A stretch of 64,000 nucleotides of DNA, taken from contig OZ176052.1 in NCBI GenBank assembly GCA_964247055.1, positions 14,136,001 through 14,200,000 on the forward strand. The letters are read 5' to 3'. The notes below the pieces were generated by a model. That model was given only the letters and a program-made list of their open reading frames with translations, ran no database searches and was not told the origin of the DNA. The position numbers and the translations under genes are program-made. The first letter of the stretch is position 1; every line of letters begins with the position of its first letter. Shown in pieces: positions 39,530-55,100 of the stretch. The DNA is from Paragordius varius (lineage: Eukaryota > Animalia > Nematomorpha).

Positions 39530-42500
39530 AGCCATTTTTATTTTTAAAATCGTATAAAATAAATTTTTTAAATATTTAAAAAATTCATAAAAATTACATT
39601 TATACTCCGATCTCGAAAATATTTGGGGTAATGATGGAACTACCATAGGGCTACCCAAAAAAAATTATAGTGACATCACCTGATCAAATTTGGATTTTAG
39701 GTAGCCATTTTTATTTTTAAAATCGTATAAAATAAATTTTTTAAATATTTAAAAAATTCATAAAAATTACATTTATACTCCGATCTCGACAATATTTGGG
39801 GTGATGATGGAACTACCATAGGGCTACCCAAAAAAAATTATAGTGACATCACCTGATCAAATTTGGATTTTAGGTAGCCATTTTTATTTTTAAAATCGTA
39901 TAAAATAAATTTTTTAAATATTTAAAAAATTCATAAAAATTACATTTATAGTCCGATCCCCAAAATATTTGGGGTAATGATGGAACAACCATAGGGCTAC
40001 GCAAAAAAAATTATGGCGACATCACCTGATCAAATTTGGATTTAAGGTAGCCATTTTTATTTTTAAAATCGTATAAAATAAATTTTTTAAATATTTAAAA
40101 AATTCAAAAAAATTACATTTATACTCCGATCTCGAAAATATTTGGGGTGATGATGGACGTACCATAGGGCTACCCAAAAAAAATTATAGTGACATCACCT
40201 GATCAAATTTGGATTTTAGGTAGCCATTTTTATTTTTAAAATCGTATAAAATAAATTTTTTAAATATTTAAAAAATTCATAAAAATTACATTTATAGTCC
40301 GATCCCCAAAATATTTGGGGTGATGATGGAACAACCATAGAGCTACGCAAAAAAATTATGGCGACATCACCTGATCAAATTTGGATTTTAGGTAGCCATT
40401 TTTATTTTTAAAATCGTATAAAATAAATTTTTTAAATATTTAAAAAATTCAAAAAAATTACATTTATACTCCGATCTCGAAAATATTTGGGGTGATGATG
40501 GAACTACCATAGGGTTACCAAAAAAAATTATGGCGACATCACCTGATCAAATTTGGATTTTAGGTAGCCATTTTTATTTTTAAAATCGTATAAAATAAAT
40601 TTTTAAATATTTAAAAAATTCATAAAAATTACATTTATACTCCGATCTCGAAAATATTTGGGGTAATGATGGAACTACCATAGGGCTACCCAAAAAAAAT
40701 TAAAGTGACATCACCTGATCAAATTCGGATTTTAGGTAGCCATTTTTATTTTTAAAATCGTATAAAATAAATTTTTTAAATATTTAAAAAATTCATAAAA
40801 ATTACATTTATAGTCCGATCCCCAAAATATTTGGGGTGATGATGGAATTACCATAGGGCTACCCAAAAAAAATTATGGTGACATCACCTGATCAAATTTG
40901 GATTTTAGGTAGCCATTTTTATTTTTAATATCGTATAAAATAAATTTTTTAAATATTTAAAAAATTCAAAAAAATTACATTAATACTCCGATCTCGAAAA
41001 TATTTGGGGTGATGATGGAACTACCATAGGGCTACCCAAAAAAAATTATGGCGACATCACCTGATCAAATTTGGATTTTAGGTAGCCATTTTTATTTTTA
41101 AAATCGTATAAAATAAATTTTTAAATATTTAAAAAATTCATAAAAATTACATTTATACTCCGATCTCGAAAATATTTGGGGTGATGATGGAACTACCATA
41201 GGGCTACCCAAAAAAAATTATAGTGACATCACCTGATCAAATTTGGATTTTAGGTAGCCATTTTTATTTTTAAAATCGTATAAAATAAATTTTTTAAATA
41301 TTTAAAAAATTCATAAAAATTACATTTATACTCCGATCCCCAAAATATTTGGGGTGATGATGGAACAACCATAGGGCTACGCAAAAAAAATTATGGCGAC
41401 ATCACCTGATCAAATTTGGATTTAAGGTAGCCATTTTTATTTTTAATATCGTATAAAATAAATTTTTTAAATATTTAAAAAATTCAAAAAATTTACATTT
41501 ATACTCCGATCTCGAAAATATTTGGGGTGATGATGGAACTACCATAGGGCTACCCAAAAAAAATTATAGTGACATCACCTGATCAAATTTGGATTTTAGG
41601 TAGCCATTTTTATTTTTAAAATCGTATAAAATAAATTTTTTAAATATTTAAAAAATTCATAAAAATTACATTTATAGTCCGATCCCCAAAATATTTGGGG
41701 TGATGATGGAATTACCATAGGGCTACCCAAAAAAAATTATGGTGACATCACCTGATCAAATTTGGATTTTAGGTAGTTATTTTTATTTTTAAAATCGTAT
41801 AAAATAAATTTTTTAAATATTTAAAAAATTCATTAAAATTACATTTATACTCCGATCTCGAAAATATTTGGGGTAATGATGGAACTACCATAGGGCTACC
41901 CAAAAAAAATTATAGTGACATCACCTGATCAAATTTGGATTTTAGGTAGCCATTTTTATTTTTAAAATCGTATAAAATAAATTTTTTAAATATTTAAAAA
42001 ATTCATAAAAATTACATTTATACTCCGATCTCGACAATATTTGGGGTGATGATGGAACTACCATAGGGCTACCAAAAAAAAATTATAGTGACATCACCTG
42101 ATCAAATTTGGATTTTAGGTAGCCATTTTTATTTTTAAAATCGTATAAAATAAATTTTTTAAATATTTAAAAAATTCATAAAAATTACATTTATACTCCG
42201 ATCTCGACAATATTTGGGGTGATGATGGAACTACCATAGGGCTACCCAAAAAAAATTATAGTGACATCACCTGATCAAATTTGGATTTTAGGTAGCCATT
42301 TTTATTTTTAAAATCGTATAAAATAAATTTTTTAAATATTTAAAAAATTCATAAAAATTACATTTATAGTCCGATCCCCAAAATATTTGGGGTGATGATG
42401 GAATTACCATAGGGCTACCCAAAAAAAATTATGGTGACATCACCTGATCAAATTTGGATTTTAGGTAGTTATTTTTATTTTTAAAATCGTATAAAATAAA

Positions 42501-45500
42501 TTTTTTAAATATTTAAAAAATTCATAAAAATTACATTTATACTCCGATCTCGAAAATATTTGGGGTAATGATGGAACTACCATAGGGCTACCCAAAAAAA
42601 ATTATAGTGACATCACCTGATCAAATTTGGATTTTAGGTAGCCATTTTTATTTTTAAAATCGTATAAAATAAATTTTTTAAATATTTAAAAAATTCATAA
42701 AAATTACATTTATACTCCGATCTCGACAATATTTGGGGTGATGATGGAACTACCATAGGGCTACCCAAAAAAAATTATGGTGACATCACCTGATCAAATT
42801 TGGATTTTAGGTAGCCATTTTTATTTTTAATATCGTATAAAATAAATTTTTAAAATATTTAAAAAATTTATAAAAATTACATTTATACTCCGATCTCGAC
42901 AATATTTGGGGTGATGATGGAACTACCATAGGGCTACCCAAAAAAAATTATAGTGACATCACCTGATCAAATTTGGATTTTAGGTAGCCATTTTTATTTT
43001 TAAAATCGTATAAAATAAATTTTTAAATATTTAAAAAATTCATAAAAATTACATTTATACTCCGATCTCGAAAATATTTGGGGTGATGATGGAACTACCA
43101 TAGGGCTACCCAAACAAAATTATAGTGACATCACCTGATCAAATTTGGATTTTAGGTAGCCATTTTTATTTTTAAAATCGTATAAAATAAATTTTTTAAA
43201 TATTTAAAAAATTCATAAAAATTACATTTATACTCCGATCTCGACAATATTTGGGGTGATGATGGAACTACCATAGGGCTACCAAAAAAAAATTATAGTG
43301 ACATCACCTGATCAAATTTGGATTTTAGGTAGCCATTTTTATTTTTAAAATCGTATAAAATAAATTTTTTAAATATTTAAAAAATTCATAAAAATTACAT
43401 TTATACTCCGATCTCGACAATATTTGGGGTGATGATGGAACTACCATAGGGCTACCCAAAAAAAATTATAGTGACATCACCTGATCAAATTTGGATTTTA
43501 GGTAGCCATTTTTATTTTTAAAATCGTATAAAATAAATTTTTTAAATATTTAAAAAATTCATAAAAATTACATTTATAGTCCGATCCCCAAAATATTTGG
43601 GGTGATGATGGAACAACCATAGGGCTACGCAAAAAAAATTATGGCGACATCACCTGATCAAATTTGGATTTTAGGTAGCCATTTTTATTTTTAAAATCGT
43701 ATAAAATAAATTTTTTAAATATTTAAAAAATTCAAAAAAATTACATTAATACTCCGATCTCGAAAATATTTGGGGTGATTTAGGAACTACCATAGGGCTA
43801 CCCAAAAAAAATTATGGCGACATCACCTGATCAAATTTGGATTTTAGGTAGCCATTTTTATTTTTAAAATCGTATAAAATAAATTTTTTAAATATTTAAA
43901 AAATTCATAAAAATTACATTTATACTCCGATCTCGACAATATTTGGGGTGATGATGGAACTACCTTAGGGCTACCCAAAAAAAATTATAGTGACATCACC
44001 TGATCAAATTTGGATTTTAGGTAGCCATTTTTATTTTTAAAATCGTATAAAATAAATTTTTTAAATATTTAAAAAATTCATAAAAATTACATTTATAGTC
44101 CGATCCCCAAAATATTTGGGGTGATGATGGAACAACCATAGGGCTACCCAAAAAAAATTATAGTGACATCACCTGATCAAATTTGGATTTTAGGTAGCCA
44201 TTTTTATTTTTAAAATCGTATAAAATAAATTTTTTAAATATTTAAAAAATTCATAAAAATTACATTTATAGTCCGATCCCCAAAATATTTGGGGTGATGA
44301 TGGAATTACCATAGGGCTACCCAAAAAAAATTATGGTGACATCACCTGATCAAATTTGGATTTTAGGTAGTTATTTTTATTTTTAAAATCGTATAAAATA
44401 AATTTTTTAAATATTTAAAAAATTCATAAAAATTACATTTATACTCCGATCTCGAAAATATTTGGGGTAATGATGGAACTACCATAGGGCTACCCAAAAA
44501 AAATTATAGTGACATCACCTGATCAAATTTGGATTTTAGGTAGCCATTTTTATTTTTAAAATCGTATAAAATAAATTTTTTAAATATTTAAAAAATTCAT
44601 AAAAATTACATTTATACTCCGATCTCGACAATATTTGGGGTGATGATGGAACTACCATAGGGCTACCCAAAAAAAATTATAGTGACATCACCTGATCAAA
44701 TTTGGATTTTAGGTAGCCATTTTTATTTTTAAAATCGTATAAAATAAATTTTTTAAATATTTAAAAAATTCATAAAAATTACATTTATAGTCCGATCCCC
44801 AAAATATTTGGGGTGATGATGGAACAACCATAGGGCTACGCAAAAAAAATTATGGCGACATCACCTGATCAAATTTGGATTTTAGGTAGCCATTTTTATT
44901 TTTAAAATCGTATAAAATAAATTTTTTAAATATTTAAAAAATTCAAAAAAATTACATTTATACTCCGATCTCGAAAATATTTGGGGTGATGATGGAACTA
45001 CCATAGGGCTACCCAAAAAAAATTATAGTGACATCACCTGATCAAATTTGGATTTTAGGTAGCCATTTTTATTTTAAAAATCGTATAAAATAAATTTTTT
45101 AAATATTTAAAAAATTCATAAAAATTACATTTATAGTCCGATCCCCAAAATATTTGGGGTGATGATGGAACAACCATAGGGCTACGCAAAAAAAATTATG
45201 GCGACATCACCTGATAAATTTGGATTTTAGGTAGCCATTTTTATTTTTAAAATCGTATAAAATAAATTTTTTAAATATTTAAAAAATTCAAAAAAATTAC
45301 ATTTATACTCCGATCTCGAAAATATTTGGGGTGATGATGGAACTACCATAGGGTTACCAAAAAAAATTATGGCGACATCACCTGATCAAATTTGGATTTT
45401 AGGTAGCCATTTTTATTTTTAAAATCGTATAAAATAAATTTTTAAATATTTAAAAAATTCATAAAAATTACATTTATACTCCGATCTCGAAAATATTTGG

Positions 45501-48370
45501 GGTAATGACGGAACTACCATAGGGCTACCCAAAAAAAATTATAGTGACATCACCTGATCAAATTTGGATTTTAGGTAGCCATTTTTATTTTTAAAATCGT
45601 ATAAAATAAATTTTTTAAATATTTAAAAAATTCATAAAAATTACATTTATAGTCCGATCCCCAAAATATTTGGGGTGATGATGGAATTACCATAGGGCTA
45701 CCCAAAAAAAATTATGGTGACATCACCTGATCAAATTTGGATTTTAGGTAGCCATTTTTATTTTTAATATCGTATAAAATAAATTTTTTAAATATTTAAA
45801 AAATTCAAAAAAATTACATTAATACTCCGATCTCGAAAATATTTGGGGTGATGATGGAACTACCATAGGGCTACCCAAAAAAAATTATGGCGACATCACC
45901 TGATCAAATTTGGATTTTAGGTAGCCATTTTTATTTTTAAAATCGTATAAAATAAATTTTTAAATATTTAAAAAATTCATAAAAATTACATTTATACTCC
46001 GATCTCGAAAATATTTGGGGTGATGATGGAACTACCATAGGGCTACCCAAAAAAAATTATAGTGACATCACCTGATCAAATTTGGATTTTAGGTAGCCAT
46101 TTTTATTTTTAAAATCGTATAAAATAAATTTTTTAAATATTTAAAAAATTCATAAAAATTACATTTATAGTCCGATCCCCAAAATATTTGGGGTGATGAT
46201 GGAATTACCATAGGGCTACCCAAAAAAAATTATGGTGACATCACCTGATCAAATTTGGATTTTAGGTAGCCATTTTTATTTTTAATATCGTATAAAATAA
46301 ATTTTTTAAATATTTAAAAAATTCAAAAAAATTACATTAATACTCCGATCTCGAAAATATTTGGGGTGATGATGGAACTACCATAGGGCTACCCAAAAAA
46401 AATTATGGCGACATCACCTGATCAAATTTGGATTTTAGGTAGCCATTTTTATTTTTAAAATCGTATAAAATAAATTTTTAAATATTTAAAAAATTCATAA
46501 AAATTACATTTATACTCCGATCTCGAAAATATTTGGGGTGATGATGGAACTACCATAGGGCTACCCAAAAAAAATTATAGTGACATCACCTGATCAAATT
46601 TGGATTTTAGGTAGCCATTTTTATTTTTAAAATCGTATAAAATAAATTTTTTAAATATTTAAAAAATTCATAAAAATTACATTTATACTCCGATCTCGAA
46701 AATATTTGGGGTAATGATGGAACTACCATAGGGCTACCCAAAAAAAATTATAGTGACATCACCTGATCAAATTTGGATTTTAGGTAGCCATTTTTATTTT
46801 TAAAATCGTATAAAATAAATTTTTTAAATATTTAAAAAATTCATAAAAATTACATTTATACTCCGATCTCGACAATATTTGGGGTGATGATGGAACTACC
46901 ATAGGGCTACCCAAAAAAAATTATAGTGACATCACCTGATCAAATTTGGATTTTAGGTAGCCATTTTTATTTTTAAAATCGTATTAAAATAAATTTTTTA
47001 AATATTTAAAAAATTCATAAAAATTACATTTATAGTCCGATCCCCAAAATATTTGGGGTGATGATGGAACAACCATAGGGCTACGCAAAAAAAATTATGG
47101 CGACATCACCTGATCAAATTTGGATTTAAGGTAGCCATTTTTATTTTTAAAATCGTATAAAATAAATTTTTTAAATATTTAAAAAATTCAAAAAAATTAC
47201 ATTTATACTCCGATCTCGAAAATATTTGGGGTGATGATGGACGTACCATAGGGCTACCCAAAAAAAATTATAGTGACATCACCTGATCAAATTTGGATTT
47301 TATGTAGCCATTTTTATTTTTAAAATCGTATAAAATAAATTTTTTAAATATTTAAAAAATTCATAAAAATTACATTTATAGTCCGATCCCCAAAATATTT
47401 GGGGTGACGATGGAACAACCATAGGGCTACGCAAAAAAATTATGGCGACATCACCTGATCAAATTTGGATTTTAGGTAGCCATTTTTATTTTTAAAATCG
47501 TATAAAATAAATTTTTTAAATATTTAAAAAATTCAAAAAAATTACATTTATACTCCGATCTCGAAAATATTTGGGGTGATGATGGAACTACCATAGGGTT
47601 ACCAAAAAAAATTATGGCGACATCACCTGATCAAATTTGGATTTTAGGTAGCCATTTTTATTTTTAAAATCGTATAAAATAAATTTTTAAATATTTAAAA
47701 AATTCATAAAAATTACATTTATACTCCGATCTCGAAAATATTTGGGGTAATGATGGAACTACCATAGGGCTACCCAAAAAAAATTATAGTGACATCACCT
47801 GATCAAATTCGGATTTTAGGTAGCCATTTTTATTTTTAAAATCGTATAAAATAAATTTTTTAAATATTTAAAAAATTCATAAAAATTACATTTATAGTCC
47901 GATCCCCAAAATATTTGGGGTGATGATGGAATTACCATAGGGCTACCCAAAAAAAATTATGGTGACATCACCTGATCAAATTTGGATTTTAGGTAGCCAT
48001 TTTTATTTTTAATATCGTATAAAATAAATTTTTTAAATATTTAAAAAATTCAAAAAAATTACATTAATACTCCGATCTCGAAAATATTTGGGGTGATGAT
48101 GGAACTACCATAGGGCTACCCAAAAAAAATTATGGCGACATCACCTGATCAAATTTGGATTTTAGGTAGCCATTTTTATTTTTAAAATCGTATAAAATAA
48201 ATTTTTAAATATTTAAAAAATTCATAAAAATTACATTTATACTCCGATCTCGAAAATATTTGGGGTGATGATGGAACTACCATAGGGCTACCCAAAAAAA
48301 ATTATAGTGACATCACCTGATCAAATTTGGATTTTAGGTAGCCATTTTTATTTTTAAAATCGTATAAAAT
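39530..48370. repeat. Dispersed duplication within the array: ~39530-41290 matches ~46614-48370 (offset 7,084 bp, 41 monomers)
   Basis: GGACGTACC 40158/47242, AAATTCGG 40726/47810 and GGGTAATG, all at offset 7,084. Confidence 0.8.
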
Positions 48371-51300
48371 AAATTTTTTAAATATTTAAAAAATTCATAA
48401 AAATTACATTTATACTCCGATCTCGACAATATTTGGGGTGATGATGGAACTACCATAGGGCTACCCAAAAAAAATTATAGTGACATCACCTGATCAAATT
48501 TGGATTTTAGGTAGCCATTTTTATTTTTAAAATCGTATAAAATAAATTTTTTTAATATTTAAAAAATTCATAAAAATTACATTTATAGTCCGATCCCCAA
48601 AATATTTGGGGTGATGATGGAACAACCATAGGGCTACGCAAAAAAAATTATGGCGACATCACCTGATCAAATTTGGATTTTAGGTAGCCATTTTTATTTT
48701 TAAAATCGTATAAAATAAATTTTTTAAATATTTAAAAAATTCAAAAAAATTACATTTATACTCCGATCTCGAAAATATTTGAGGTGATGATGGAACTACC
48801 ATAGGGCTACCCAAAAAAAATTATGGCGACATCACCTGATCAAATTTGGATTTTAGGTAGCCATTTTTATTTTTAAAATCGTATAAAATAAATTTTTAAA
48901 TATTTAAAAAATTCATAAAAATTACATTTATACTCCGATCTCGAAAATATTTGGGGTGATGATGGAACTACCATAGGGCTACCCAAAAAAAATTATAGTG
49001 ACATCACCTGATCAAATTTGGATTTTAGGTAGCCATTTTTATTTTTAAAATCGTATAAAATAAATTTTTTAAATATTTAAAAAATTCATAAAAATTACAT
49101 TTATAGTCCGATCCCCAAAATATTTGGGGTGATGATGGAATTACCATAGGGCTACCCAAAAAAAATTATGGTGACATCACCTGATCAAATTTGGATTTTA
49201 GGTAGCCATTTTTATTTTTAATATCGTATAAAATAAATTTTTAAAATATTTAAAAAATTTATAAAAATTACATTTATACTCCGATCTCGACAATATTTGG
49301 GGTGATGATGGAACTACCATAGGGCTACCCAAAAAAAATTATAGTGACATCACCTGATCAAATTTGGATTTTAGGTAGCCATTTTTATTTTTAAAATCGT
49401 ATAAAATAAATTTTTTAAATATTTAAAAAATTCATAAAAATTACATTTATAGTCCGATCCCCAAAATATTTGGGGTGATGATGGAACAACCATAGGGCTA
49501 CGCAAAAAAAATTATGGCAACATCACCTGATCAAATTTGGATTTTAGGTAGCCATTTTTATTTTTAAAATCGTATAAAATAAATTTTTTAAATATTTAAA
49601 AAATTCAAAAAAAATACATTAATACTCCGATCTCGAAAATATTTGGGGTGATGATGGAACTACCATAGGGCTACCCAAAAAAAATTATGGCGACATCACC
49701 TGATCAAATTTGGATTTTAGGTAGCCATTTTTATTTTTAAAATCGTATAAAATAAATTTTTAAATATTTAAAAAATTCATAAAAATTACATTTATACTCC
49801 GATCTCGAAAATATTTGGGGTGATGATGGAACTACCATAGGGCTACCCAAAAAAAATTATGGCGACATCACCTGATCAAATTTGGATTTTAGGTAGCCAT
49901 TTTTATTTTAAAAATCGTATAAAATAAATTTTTAAATATTTAAAAAATTCATAAAAATTACATTTATACTCCGATCTCGAAAATATTTGAGGTGATGATG
50001 GAACTACCATAGGGCTACCCAAAAAAAATTATGGCGACATCACCTGATCAAATTTGGATTTTAGGTAGCCATTTTTATTTTTAAAATCGTATAAAATAAA
50101 TTTTTAAATATTTAAAAAATTCATAAAAATTACATTTATACTCCGATCTCGAAAATATTTGGGGTGATGATGGAACTACCATAGGGCTACCCAAAAAAAA
50201 TTATAGTGACATCACCTGATCAAATTTGGATTTTAGGTAGCCATTTTTATTTTTAAAATCGTATAAAATAAATTTTTTAAATATTTAAAAAATTCATAAA
50301 AATTACATTTATAGTCAGATCCCCAAAATATTTGGGGTGATGATGGAATTACCATAGGGCTACCCAAAAAAAATTATGGTGACATCACCTGATCAAATTT
50401 GGATTTTAGGTAGCCATTTTTATTTTTAATATCGTATAAAATAAATTTTTTAAATATTTAAAAAATTCATAAAAATTACATTTATACTCCGATCTCGACA
50501 ATATTTGGGGTGATGATGGAACTACCATAGGGCTACCCAAAAAAAATTATAGTGACATCACCTGATCAAATTTGGATTTTAGGTAGCCATTTTTATTTTT
50601 AAAATCGTATAAAATAAATTTTTTAAATATTTAAAAAATTCATAAAAATTACATTTATAGTCCGATCCCCAAAATATTTGGGGTGATGATGGAACAACCA
50701 TAGGGCTACGCAAAAAAAATTATGGCAACATCACCTGATCAAATTTGGATTTTAGGTAGCCATTTTTATTTTTAAAATCGTATAAAATAAATTTTTTAAA
50801 TATTTAAAAAATTCAAAAATAATACATTAATACTCCGATCTCGAAAATATTTGGGGTGATGATGGAACTACCATAGGGCTACCCAAAAAAAATTATGGCG
50901 ACATCACCTGATCAAATTTGGATTTTAGGTAGCCATTTTTATTTTTAAAATCGTATAAAATAAATTTTTAAATATTTAAAAAATTCATAAAAATTACATT
51001 TATACTCCGATCTCGAAAATATTTGGGGTGATGATGGAACTACCATAGGGCTACCCAAACAAAATTATAGTGACATCACCTGATCAAATTTGGATTTTAG
51101 GTAGCCATTTTTATTTTTAAAATCGTATAAAATAAATTTTTTAAATATTTAAAAAATTCATAAAAATTACATTTATACTCCGATCTCGACAATATTTGGG
51201 GTGATGATGGAACTACCATAGGGCTACCCAAAAAAAATTATAGTGACATCACCTGATCAAATTTGGATTTTAGGTAGCCATTTTTATTTTTAAAATCGTA

Positions 51301-52179
51301 TAAAATAAATTTTTTAAATATTTAAAAAATTCATAAAAATTACATTTATAGTCCGATCCCCAAAATATTTGGGGTGATGATGGAACAACCATAGGGCTAC
51401 GCAAAAAAAATTATGGCGACATCACCTGATCAAATTTGGATTTTAGGTAGCCATTTTTATTTTTAAAATCGTATAAAATAAATTTTTAAATATTTAAAAA
51501 ATTCATAAAAATTACATTTATACTCCGATCTCGAAAATATTTGAGGTGATGATGGAACTACCATAGGGCTACCCAAAAAAAATTATGGCGACATCACCTG
51601 ATCAAATTTGGATTTTAGGTAGCCATTTTTATTTTTAAAATCGTATAAAATAAATTTTTAAATATTTAAAAAATTCATAAAAATTACATTTATACTCCGA
51701 TCTCGAAAATATTTGGGGTGATGATGGAACTACCATAGGGCTACCCAAAAAAAATTATAGTGACATCACCTGATCAAATTTGGATTTTAGGTAGCCATTT
51801 TTATTTTTAAAATCGTATAAAATAAATTTTTTAAATATTTAAAAAATTCATAAAAATTACATTTATACTCCGATCTCGAAAATATTTGGGGTGAGGATGG
51901 AACTACCATAGGGCTACCCAAAAAAAATTATAGTGACATCACCTGATCAAATTTGGATTTTAGGTAGCCATTTTTATTTTTAAAATCGTATAAAATAAAT
52001 TTTTTAAATATTTAAAAAATTTATAAAAATTACATTTATAGTCCGATCCCCAAAATATTTGGGGTGATGATGGAATTACCATAGGGCTACCCAAAAAAAA
52101 TTATGGTGACATCACCTGATCAAATTTGGATTTTAGGTAGCCATATTTATTTTTAAATCGTATAAAATAAATTTTTTAA

Positions 52180-55100
52180 ATATTTAAAAAATTCATAAAA
52201 ATTACATTTATACTCCGATCTCGAAAATATTTGGGGTAATGATGGAACTACCATAGGGCTACCCAAAAAAAATTATAGTGACATCACCTGATCAAATTTG
52301 GATTTTAGGTAGCCATTTTTATTTTTAAAATCGTATAAAATAAATTTTTTAAATATTTAAAAAATTCATAAAAATTACATTTATAGTCCGATCCCCAAAA
52401 TATTTGGGGTGATGATGGAATTACCATAGGGCTACCCAAAAAAAATTATGGTGACATCACCTGATCAAATTTGGATTTTAGGTAGCCATTTTTATTTTTA
52501 AAATCGTATAAAATAAATTTTTAAATATTTAAAAAATTCATAAAAATTACATTTATACTCCGATCTCGAAAATATTTGGGGTGATGATGGAACTACCATA
52601 GGGCTACCCAAAAAAAATTATAGTGACATCACCTGATCAAATTTGGATTTTAGGTAGCCATTTTTATTTTTAAATTCGTATAAAATAAATTTTTTAAATA
52701 TTTAAAAAATTCATAAAAATTACATTTATAGTCCGATCCCCAAAATATTTGGGGTGATGATGGAATTACCATAGGGCTACCCAAAAAAAATTATGGTGAC
52801 ATCACCTGATCAAATTTGGATTTTAGGTAGCCATTTTTATTTTTAAAATCGTATAAAATAAATTTTTTAAATATTTAAAAAATTCATAAAAATTACATTT
52901 ATACTCCGATCTCGAAAATATTTGGGGTAATGATGGAACTACCATAGGGCTACCCAAAAAAAATTATAGTGACATCACCTGATCAAATTTGGATTTTAGG
53001 TAGCCATTTTTATTTTTAAAATCGTATAAAATAAATTTTTTAAATATTTAAAAAATTCATAAAAATTACATTTATACTCCGATCTCGACAATATTTGGGG
53101 TGATGATGGAACTATCATAGGGCTACCCAAAAAAAATTATAGTGACATCACCTGATCAAATTTGGATTTTAGGTAGCCATTTTTATTTTTAAAATCGAAT
53201 AAATTAAAATTTTTAAATATTTAAAAAATTCATAAAAATTACATTTATAGTCCGATCCCCAAAATATTTGGGGTGATGATGGAACAACCATAGGGCTACG
53301 CAAAAAAAATTATGGCGACATCACCTGATCAAATTTGGATTTAAGGTAGCCATTTTTATTTTTAAAATCGTATAAAATAAATTTTTTAAATATTTAAAAA
53401 ATTCAAAAAAATTACATTTATACTCCGATCTTGAAAATATTTGGGGTGATGATGGAACTACCATAGGGCTACCCAAAAAAATTATAGTGACATCACCTGA
53501 TCAAATTTGGATTTTAGGTAGCCATTTTTATTTTTAAAATCGTATAAAATAAATTTTTTAAATATTTAAAAAATTCATAAAAATTACATTTATAGTCCGA
53601 TCCCCAAAATATTTGGGGTGATGATGGAACAACCATAGGGCTACGCAAAAAAAATTATGGCGACATCACCTGATCAAATTTGGATTTTAGGTAGCCATTT
53701 TTATTTTTAAAATCGTATAAAATAAATTTTTTAAATATTTAAAAAATTCAAAAAAATTACATTTATACTCCGATCTCGAAAATATTTGGGGTGATGATGG
53801 AACTACCATAGGGTTACCAAAAAAAACTATGGCGACATCACCTGATCAAATTTGGATTTTAGGTAGCCATTTTTATTTTTAAAATCGTATAAAATAAATT
53901 TTTAAATATTTAAAAAATTCATAAAAATTACATTTATACTCCGATCTCGAAAATATTTGGGGTAATGATTGAACTACCATAGGGCTACCCAAAAAAAATT
54001 ATAGTGACATCACCTGATCAAATTTGGATTTTAGGTAGCCATTTTTATTTTTAAAATCGTATAAAATAAATTTTTTAAATATTTAAAAAATTCATAAAAA
54101 TTACATTTATAGTCCGATCCCCAAAATATTTGGGGTGATGATGGAATTACCATAGGGCTACCCAAAAAAAATTATGGTGACATCACCTGATCAAATTTGG
54201 ATTTTAGGTAGCCATTTTTATTTTTAATATCGTATAAAATAAATTTTTTAAATATTTAAAAAATTCATAAAAATTACATTTATACTCCGATCTCGACAAT
54301 ATTTGGGGTGATAATGGAACTACCATAGGGCTACCCAAAAAAAATTATACTGACATCACCTGATCAAATTTGGATTTTCGGTAGCCATTTTTATTTTTAA
54401 AATCGTATAAAATAAATTTTTTAAATATTTAAAAAATTCATAAAAATTACATTTATAGTCCGATCCCCAAAATATTTGGGGTGATGATGGAACAACCATA
54501 CGGCTACGCAAAAAAAATTATGGCGACTCACCTGATCAAATTTGGATTTTAGGTAGCCATTTTTATTTTTAAAATCGTATAAAATAAATTTTTTAAATAT
54601 TTAAAAAATTCAAAAAAAATTACATTTATACTCCGATCTCGAAAATATTTGGGGTGATGATGGAACTACCATAGGGCTACCCAAAAAAAATTATGGCGAC
54701 ATCACCTGATCAAATTTGGATTTTAGGTAGCCATTTTTATTTTTAAAATCGTATAAAATAAATTTTTAAATATTTAAAAAATTCATAAAAATTACATTTA
54801 TACTCCGATCTCGAAAATATTTGGGGTAATGATTGAACTACCATAGGGCTACCCAAACAAAATTATAGTGACATCACCTGATCAAATTTGGATTTTAGGT
54901 AGCCATTTTTATTTTTAAAATCGTATAAAATAAATTTTTTAAATATTTAAAAAATTCATAAAAATTACATTTATACTCCGATCTCGAAAATATTTGGGGT
55001 AATGATGGAACTACCATAGGGCTACCCAAAAAAAATTATAGTGACATCACCTGATCAAATTTGGATTTTAGGTAGCCATTTTTATTTTTAAAATCGTATA

